DNA from: Thermoplasmatota archaeon
GTDB taxonomy: Archaea > Thermoplasmatota > Penumbrarchaeia > Penumbrarchaeales > Penumbrarchaeaceae
Length of the DNA: 40,596 bases
Direction of reading: 5' to 3'
NCBI GenBank assembly: GCA_965234725.1
Contig: CBDDUX010000050.1
Span: forward strand, 1-40,596
This document shows, piece after piece, positions 34,327 to 40,596 of the stretch. Under the pieces are notes generated by a model that saw nothing but the letters and a program-made list of their open reading frames with translations, ran no database searches and had not been told where the DNA came from. The number at the start of each line of letters is the position of its first letter. Positions within the stretch are counted from its first letter, which is position 1. A program made the translations under genes and the position numbers.

Positions 34327-37300
34327 TCATTCCATGATCTCATTCGTTTTCTTGCCGCTGCGTTTTCTTAAAAAGAGGAAAATTCCGGTCCCGAGGATGA
34401 CAGTAATCATTATCGCAGGTATCCACCAGTTGATCCCCTTCTCTTCATCATCATTCTCATGAGGATCGTTTATCTGTTCCTCTGTCCAGAAGGACCATTT
34501 GAATGTTTTATTCAAACCCAGTGCATCCTTGAATTCAAGCATGATGGAAACAGATACGTTGTATCTTGTCGAGGGTTGGAGTCCATCATGCCTTAAAAAC
34601 AGGGTCTTTTTATCCTCAGAGAGGTAGATTTCAGGACCTGAGGGTTGTGGATCGAGCTTTATCATACCTTCGAGCTGTTCTGTTTTTATTTCGTGGGAGA
34701 ACCTGATGTAAATGACATGAGAATGGTCGATGTCCATTCCGACAGGACCATATTCGACGATATCCACAACCTTTTGTTCGATATCTCCTTGGTCGTATCC
34801 GAGGATTAGACCGATCTGTTTCCTCATCACGGATTCATTCATGTAAATGAGGTCCGAGACCGTGGAATGATATCTGTCCCCGTCTTCTTTCAACGGATCT
34901 GCCTGGACCTTGAAATATCTTTTCAGCTTGACACCATTGAACACAAAATATCCAAGGCTGTCCGTTCTCGTTCTGGAATATACGGATCCGTTGACGGATA
35001 ACAATGTAATGTTGGTATGGGACACGCTTCCGGACCTGGGACCTGAAAGCGGATATGATACGATCCCCTCTATCATTCCGGTGGGTGCTCCGGGATCCAG
35101 TTCGTAGTATTCCATTTTCAATTCTATTGTTAGTTCGTGGTTGTCGGGGTCGATACGGATCGGATCGGATTCCATGGGAATGTATCCGGATCTGACTCCC
35201 ATAATACCAATCATATCTTCGGATGGCGTGAGCTTGATGATCATAGTATCGGGAAGCTTGATATTCACCAGTTTGATCCTTCCCAGCGGGTCAGTTCTTC
35301 CCTTCGGCTGTGTAAAATTGGATCCGATGAGTTCAACATTCACGAATTGACCGTACCCCCCCTCAGGTGAACCTTCCTCGAACCAGACCTGGATGTGAAT
35401 GATACCTGTCAGCACAGAGGTCCTTGCAGATATCGAATCAAAGGAGAGGTGATCAGCATCATCGAAGAATGTTACTTTAATGATATATTCGGTATTCTGT
35501 TCCAGATCATTGAACTCGGTGAAATTCTCATTCCTTTGCAGGTCCTTTGTTTCAATGATATCATCACTGCCGGATATTCTTATCTCTGCTTTGACATTGA
35601 TGACATCTTCATCAAAGGGAACCTTCCATTTTATCGAGATGGTGCTCATATTAACGAAGAGGACCTCAATATCATCTGGAGGTGACGGGGGAGTGATATC
35701 TCCAACGGTTACCTGCACAGGTGAAGTGAAATCAGAATTCAAACCTCTGTTCGATCCGGTTATTCTGTATTTTATAACAAGGTCCTGAACCAGGTCCTCA
35801 TGCAGGAATTCGGTTTCATTTCTATCCGGTTTGATAAGGACCTCCCATCCGTCTCCGAGGTCCGCTTCCATAACGTAGTGGGTGAGATGGTTCAAGACTG
35901 GATCCCAGGATACCTTGACATTCTGCGAGTTGGGTAGCGCTTCGGCCTGGAGACCAGATGGTACAAGAGGTTTGTAGAAATCTGGAACTTGGAAAACCTC
36001 TCTTGTGCTTTTTCCAATATTATCCGTTCTTTCCTCTTCCCAGAGTGTATCCATCAGATACTTCGCCTTGATCGTGGTATCATATTCGATAGTGGGATAA
36101 TTTCCCTGGTAATAGGCATCTCTAACCCAGAAAGGACCGAACACATCTTCATTTCCGACCTCGAAAGTTCCATTGTAACCGGTTGTGTTGTAATATCTTC
36201 CATCATTGTAAATGGAATAATCCATGTCGGGCATTGTCCAGTTCATTGAATCGTACGAGATCGCCTCATACTTTTGCCACACCTCGAGTTTGCATCTCTC
36301 CATGATGTCCGCTCTCTTCACTTCCAGATTGTAAACAGTGATATTGGGACAATAATTAGTTTCGAAATAATCTGGAAGAAATGGATATCCCCTTATCAAG
36401 ACAACATCGTTTCCAATTGAATTGTGTCTTTCTGCATTATTGAAATAAAATTCTCCCTCCACTCTGTTTGCAGCATGGAGGAATGTCATATCCGTTCCAT
36501 TCTTTAAAGATAGTATATTTTCCCTGTAGGTATTGTTGATGGAAATATTCGTTATTTCCATGCACCTCGATCTATTATCTTCAGATATTATTATGTTGTC
36601 GACTATTTTGTTTTTCAAATTTACTTTTGGTTGATAACTTCCCATCCTTCCTTCACCGATAAGAAGGCCGGTTGAACCGTTCGAAATGGTATGAATGAAA
36701 TTGTTACTCACTACGATATCTTCGGTATCGTGCATCCATAGACCAATATTTCTATTGTCAGTATCCATAGTTCCATTTCCAGATATATTTATCCGGTTCC
36801 TATATACAATACCTCCTGTAACACCTGAAAGCTGGATTCCAATTGCAGCGATCGGAGCAGGAGCATATCCGGTTCGATACATTATCTCTCCTTTGCCTCT
36901 GACAAAGTTATTAGAGACATTTATGTTCGATTTTATTCTTTTTCCTTCATTGTCTTTCCAGTAACTTGTTATAAATATGCCATAATCTCCGAAGGAGAAG
37001 CTTTCAAAATCCACATAATTTCCAGATAAGTTGATATCCCTTCCACCTATCCACATTCCATTTGATTTTGAACGTATGGTATTGTTCAGAATATTTATCT
37101 TGGATCCAATAACGCTTAGAGATACAAAATTGCCATAATTATTCAAAATAAGATTATTTTTTATAACAATATCAATATTTTTATCCTTTTGATCATAAAA
37201 ATGTGATGATGTAACTTTCAATCGAAGAAAACGATTGTTCACCACTTTACATTTTTCATCAACATTGTAAATAATCAGGTTTGAGATATTATTATTAAAA

Positions 37301-38343
37301 TACTCAATATTGCTACAATCTTTAATAGTGATACTTTCCCTTAAAATATCTTTGGTTTTCATTCCATTTGAAATTTCTATGTTCATTATATTATTTAAAA
37401 CAAATAGGTACCCCCTTTTCACATTTCCTTTAAAAATTTCTATTTTTATATTTGAAGAATGATAGATCGGTGAATCAATACTTTGATATTCCTTTGAATA
37501 AATTCCAATACTATCAATAGAACCGTGAGGTAAATCTCTTCCTTCAAGGAAGAACGAAATATTATACATTCTGATTGATTTCACTTTTTCCATTTTTATA
37601 CCACACAACATGTAACTTTTTGTTATGTTTCTGTATTCTTTTGTATCTCCCCACCAGTTAAGATATGTCGAATTGAATATCGAGTTCTCTATTAAAATAT
37701 TACTTGAATCAAACAGGAAACAAGATGAGGATTCCATTCCGACCATATTCAAATCCGAGTTATTCACCTTGATGAATTCATCCTTCTCCGAGACATTGAT
37801 ATTACTCGAATAATTCCCAACTGTGTAGAAAAAACAAGAGTCTATTGTGATATTATTTACCTCATTCCCAGTTTTTACAACTGATGACCATTCGGAATAT
37901 GTGTGAAATTGACAATCGCGAACAATCGATCGGTTTCCAGAAAATTTTAAAACGGTATTGTTATTTCCAACTACAGTGATGTTTAATCCCGTTATAGTAA
38001 TATTATCAGATTTTGTTTTTATAAAGATAGTAAAAAATCCATGGAAAAGAAGATTTGTATCAAATGAGGAGTTGCCCTTCAGAATGATATCGTCATTTTT
38101 TATCACTAAGTTTTCTTCTTCATATGTTCCATTTCCAATAATTATTGTATCTCCATCACTAGCATTATCCAGAGCATCCTGAATATTATAGTATGTTGAT
38201 CCTGATTTTGAAACATACAGTATATTTGATTTGGAATTGCCTGATGAATTATTCAAGGCATGTGAAGACAATGTGAAAATTGGAATAATCAATAAAGAAA
38301 TGATAATTATGCTAATTTTCCTGTATGGCACCATCGTCCTCAT
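34327..38343 (-). CDS. large surface protein: right-handed beta-helix + Fn3 + Ig-like domains + C-terminal TM
   Basis: Signal peptide; IQDALDNASDGDTI.I.NGTY.E beta-helix cap; Asn/Ile-rich parallel repeats; Fn3 motifs (VSWDP, ISIKW); Ig-like I.FS...WSF.T; TM + RKR. Confidence 0.9.
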   Translation of the reverse strand: MRTMVPYRKISIIIISLLIIPIFTLSSHALNNSSGNSKSNILYVSKSGSTYYNIQDALDNASDGDTIIIGNGTYEEENLVIKNDDIILKGNSSFDTNLLFHGFFTIFIKTKSDNITITGLNITVVGNNNTVLKFSGNRSIVRDCQFHTYSEWSSVVKTGNEVNNITIDSCFFYTVGNYSSNINVSEKDEFIKVNNSDLNMVGMESSSCFLFDSSNILIENSIFNSTYLNWWGDTKEYRNITKSYMLCGIKMEKVKSIRMYNISFFLEGRDLPHGSIDSIGIYSKEYQSIDSPIYHSSNIKIEIFKGNVKRGYLFVLNNIMNIEISNGMKTKDILRESITIKDCSNIEYFNNNISNLIIYNVDEKCKVVNNRFLRLKVTSSHFYDQKDKNIDIVIKNNLILNNYGNFVSLSVIGSKINILNNTIRSKSNGMWIGGRDINLSGNYVDFESFSFGDYGIFITSYWKDNEGKRIKSNINVSNNFVRGKGEIMYRTGYAPAPIAAIGIQLSGVTGGIVYRNRINISGNGTMDTDNRNIGLWMHDTEDIVVSNNFIHTISNGSTGLLIGEGRMGSYQPKVNLKNKIVDNIIISEDNRSRCMEITNISINNTYRENILSLKNGTDMTFLHAANRVEGEFYFNNAERHNSIGNDVVLIRGYPFLPDYFETNYCPNITVYNLEVKRADIMERCKLEVWQKYEAISYDSMNWTMPDMDYSIYNDGRYYNTTGYNGTFEVGNEDVFGPFWVRDAYYQGNYPTIEYDTTIKAKYLMDTLWEEERTDNIGKSTREVFQVPDFYKPLVPSGLQAEALPNSQNVKVSWDPVLNHLTHYVMEADLGDGWEVLIKPDRNETEFLHEDLVQDLVIKYRITGSNRGLNSDFTSPVQVTVGDITPPSPPDDIEVLFVNMSTISIKWKVPFDEDVINVKAEIRISGSDDIIETKDLQRNENFTEFNDLEQNTEYIIKVTFFDDADHLSFDSISARTSVLTGIIHIQVWFEEGSPEGGYGQFVNVELIGSNFTQPKGRTDPLGRIKLVNIKLPDTMIIKLTPSEDMIGIMGVRSGYIPMESDPIRIDPDNHELTIELKMEYYELDPGAPTGMIEGIVSYPLSGPRSGSVSHTNITLLSVNGSVYSRTRTDSLGYFVFNGVKLKRYFKVQADPLKEDGDRYHSTVSDLIYMNESVMRKQIGLILGYDQGDIEQKVVDIVEYGPVGMDIDHSHVIYIRFSHEIKTEQLEGMIKLDPQPSGPEIYLSEDKKTLFLRHDGLQPSTRYNVSVSIMLEFKDALGLNKTFKWSFWTEEQINDPHENDDEEKGINWWIPAIMITVILGTGIFLFLRKRSGKKTNEIME

Positions 38344-38441
38344 TTTTCATAGCTCCTGAATGGATATTTATTTATTCTCTTCACAGGAGAAATAATAACA
38401 GGTCCTGATGGGGAAAACATCAGGTCCTGATAGATTTCTGT

Positions 38442-39821
38442 CTATGGGTCCATTGTGTACTTGATCTCCCACGGTGTGTCGCTGTTCTTTTCAAACACAC
38501 AGTATCCGTATCTGCTATGTGCATTCACATCCGGAAAATCCTCGTCATCATCAGTAAAAGAAACCCGATTGTCAGATCCTCCTTGACCTGAGGATGAGAT
38601 AGCATCTCCTCCTCCAGCATTCTTTATTCCTTTACAGGCATATACATCAAGATTTCCATTCCTATCGGTATCCCATACGATATGAATCTCAGTTTGGGCT
38701 GGTTGAGGATCAAAATTCTTTGCAAGATCGATCATTGGATGTTGGTCTTCATCGTCATCGTTGGTGACTCTGAGGAGATTACTGAAAGTGGGAATCAAAT
38801 TTGAGTTATAGTATACCTTTTGATAATAGATTTCCCAGTCGGTGTTTCTGTCATCAGACCATACATAACAGAATTCAGCTTCCATAAATCTCACATCAGG
38901 ATCCACTTCGGATGATGAAGTTCCACCATTAGGGACAAGTGCAGGTCCATGACGATATAGATACTGTGGATTTTGATTCAAATATATCCTTGTATCAATG
39001 AAAATCTGTGGTTTGTTGCCATAATTAGGGTGATATTCCTCCCAAAGAATACAGATAGTATCGCTTAGAGTCGGAGAAACATAATATGCACAAATAGTTG
39101 GGTCTTTCGAATATGCGTTGTCACCAATATTCGATACATTAATATCTGTTCCCCAATTTATTCCGCTAATTGATCTATCGTATAAAATTTCAGGTTTCGT
39201 AGGATCATATTGATAATCCTCCCAAACAAGGTGGATCTCACCGTAATAATCTCCGGTATCAATAGCTGGTAAAATAGAATGTGATTCTGTGTCATGAACA
39301 TCGCTAGCTCTTCTATATCCAATGGCTGTGATTGTATTAGTTGTTGCATCGATGATCACTCTGCATGTTTCTATTTCCCATTTACTGGAATCAGGATTCA
39401 TATATTGCCAAGCAACATAGACATAGAACTCAGCATTTTCTCCACCTTCTCCCTCGTGATAAGTTGCTGTAACATCGGGATGTTCATTATCATTGTCTTC
39501 ATTATCCCAGTTAACTGTATTTGTAATTCTCACTGGAGTTGCCGGATACCAAGTGACTCCATTTCCCCATCTAAGATATATCTCCCAATTTCCATTGTCG
39601 GAATCAACCTGCTGCCAAACAGTGAATTCCTTGGAATTAACCATATACGTGGCAGGATATCTGCAGTCCGTATTCGTATTATCCAGCGTAACCGGATAAC
39701 TTCCCGTATATCTCCAGGCAGAGATCTGTCCAGGTAGCACCAGAATCAGTATCCCGGCCAGGATCAATGCCAATATTGCATACGTCTTTCTGATTTTTTG
39801 TACCTCCTTAACTTTTCCCAT
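38442..39821 (-). CDS. secreted repeat (probable beta-propeller) protein
   Basis: Signal peptide; repeated P.I......VW.D.R.GN.(E/D)IY units (e.g. VWSDDRNTDWEIYY, VWDTDRNGNLDVY). Confidence 0.85.
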   Translation of the reverse strand: MGKVKEVQKIRKTYAILALILAGILILVLPGQISAWRYTGSYPVTLDNTNTDCRYPATYMVNSKEFTVWQQVDSDNGNWEIYLRWGNGVTWYPATPVRITNTVNWDNEDNDNEHPDVTATYHEGEGGENAEFYVYVAWQYMNPDSSKWEIETCRVIIDATTNTITAIGYRRASDVHDTESHSILPAIDTGDYYGEIHLVWEDYQYDPTKPEILYDRSISGINWGTDINVSNIGDNAYSKDPTICAYYVSPTLSDTICILWEEYHPNYGNKPQIFIDTRIYLNQNPQYLYRHGPALVPNGGTSSSEVDPDVRFMEAEFCYVWSDDRNTDWEIYYQKVYYNSNLIPTFSNLLRVTNDDDEDQHPMIDLAKNFDPQPAQTEIHIVWDTDRNGNLDVYACKGIKNAGGGDAISSSGQGGSDNRVSFTDDDEDFPDVNAHSRYGYCVFEKNSDTPWEIKYTMDP

Positions 39822-39837
39822 GATGAATCATGGATCT

Positions 39838-40530
39838 TCAATTGAATAGAACAGGGTCCTGACCCGTTCCTCCGAGAATGATAACCTCCTTCCGGAAAGC
39901 TTCGACGAAACTCACCACACCATCATTGTCGAGATCGGCTGAAAGGTCCTCAAGGCTCCTTGTAATGTTGAAAAGATCCGGATCACATGTTTGATAGGAT
40001 CTCATCGAACACATGACGTCCCTGAAAGGTCCTGAAAGGACGGAACCCCCACAACCGGATCTCTCTCCGTTGAGAATGATGGTCATTGAAGAGTATGTCA
40101 CTTCATCCAGCCAGGAATCGATGACGAAGGCAGAGATGTTCCCATCATTGAAAAGGAAAGTCTCTTCACTGTTTATTATGACAATATGATCGAAGATGTA
40201 GACCAGCACTTCAGTATTCGAACCACTTTCATCTTCCAGCCAATTGAAAGCATTCTCGATGTTGGTGACATTTGCAGGACCATCAGAGTCTGGGTCATTC
40301 GGATCAGTAAGATAGATGATATTATCATCAGAAATATCTTCCAGAAGATGTTCCCTGAAAGATGATGCTTTTCCGAGCTCATACTGTGAGTAGCCATCAT
40401 GACCTGAAACAATTATCAGACATTTTCTATCGATCCCTGATCCTTCTCCATTCACGAATTGGGTCAGCAAGATAAACCCGATAATGAACCCTATCACTAC
40501 CGGGATGGTTGTATGAACAATCCATCTCAT
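39838..40530 (-). CDS. secreted C13/caspase-fold-like protein, probably inactive
   Basis: Signal/TM; NIIYL, N.TNIENAF.WL, VYIFDH, and D.D.DG.VS..EAF......Q.P resemble the legumain/caspase fold. The catalytic HG and xSCxSG motifs are replaced by HI and NGERSG. Confidence 0.7.
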   Translation of the reverse strand: MRWIVHTTIPVVIGFIIGFILLTQFVNGEGSGIDRKCLIIVSGHDGYSQYELGKASSFREHLLEDISDDNIIYLTDPNDPDSDGPANVTNIENAFNWLEDESGSNTEVLVYIFDHIVIINSEETFLFNDGNISAFVIDSWLDEVTYSSMTIILNGERSGCGGSVLSGPFRDVMCSMRSYQTCDPDLFNITRSLEDLSADLDNDGVVSFVEAFRKEVIILGGTGQDPVLFN

Positions 40531-40596
40531 GTTAAAAAAATTGATTCATCTCCCAATTTAGGACGGATCTAATTTCATAACTCCACATGCTTGGAA

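Noticed and set aside
34327-39821. Diversity-generating retroelement targets
   Set aside because: No reverse transcriptase gene and no template/variable repeat pair differing at adenines was seen.
3217-40412. Numerous 60-210 aa antisense or alternate-frame ORFs nested in long genes
   Set aside because: Shadow ORFs with Ser/Pro/Arg-biased composition and no motifs, fully overlapping well-supported genes.

Overview
Archaeal genomic window: it contains a TBP gene, GGAGG/GGTGA ribosome-binding sites and TATA-like boxes. The many single-pass surface proteins, one with a cytoplasmic zinc ribbon, suggest Thermoplasmatota (inference only). There are about 35 protein-coding genes and no recognisable rRNA, tRNA, CRISPR array or transposase. 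The main feature is a ~13 kb plus-strand cluster (about 3284-16072). It encodes a giant MacB/FtsX-type permease with no ATPase partner, four membrane-anchored extracellular beta-propellers (2x PQQ-like, WD40, FG-GAP), a NapH/YccM-like membrane polyferredoxin, a double-cubane-cluster-type (HgdB-fold) reductase and two ATP-dependent activator paralogues with complementary motif degeneration. The last seven genes overlap start-on-stop. Other points: (1) a ~1.1 kb AT-rich non-coding region with a 27-bp inverted repeat around a very AT-rich spacer (possible replication origin); (2) an EtfA C-terminal fragment missed by the ORF track; (3) a second propeller cluster ending in a Cys-rich membrane protein; (4) a GC-mosaic beta-helix surface-protein gene; (5) a C13/caspase-fold protein that appears catalytically dead. 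All family assignments come from motif recognition by eye, not database searches.
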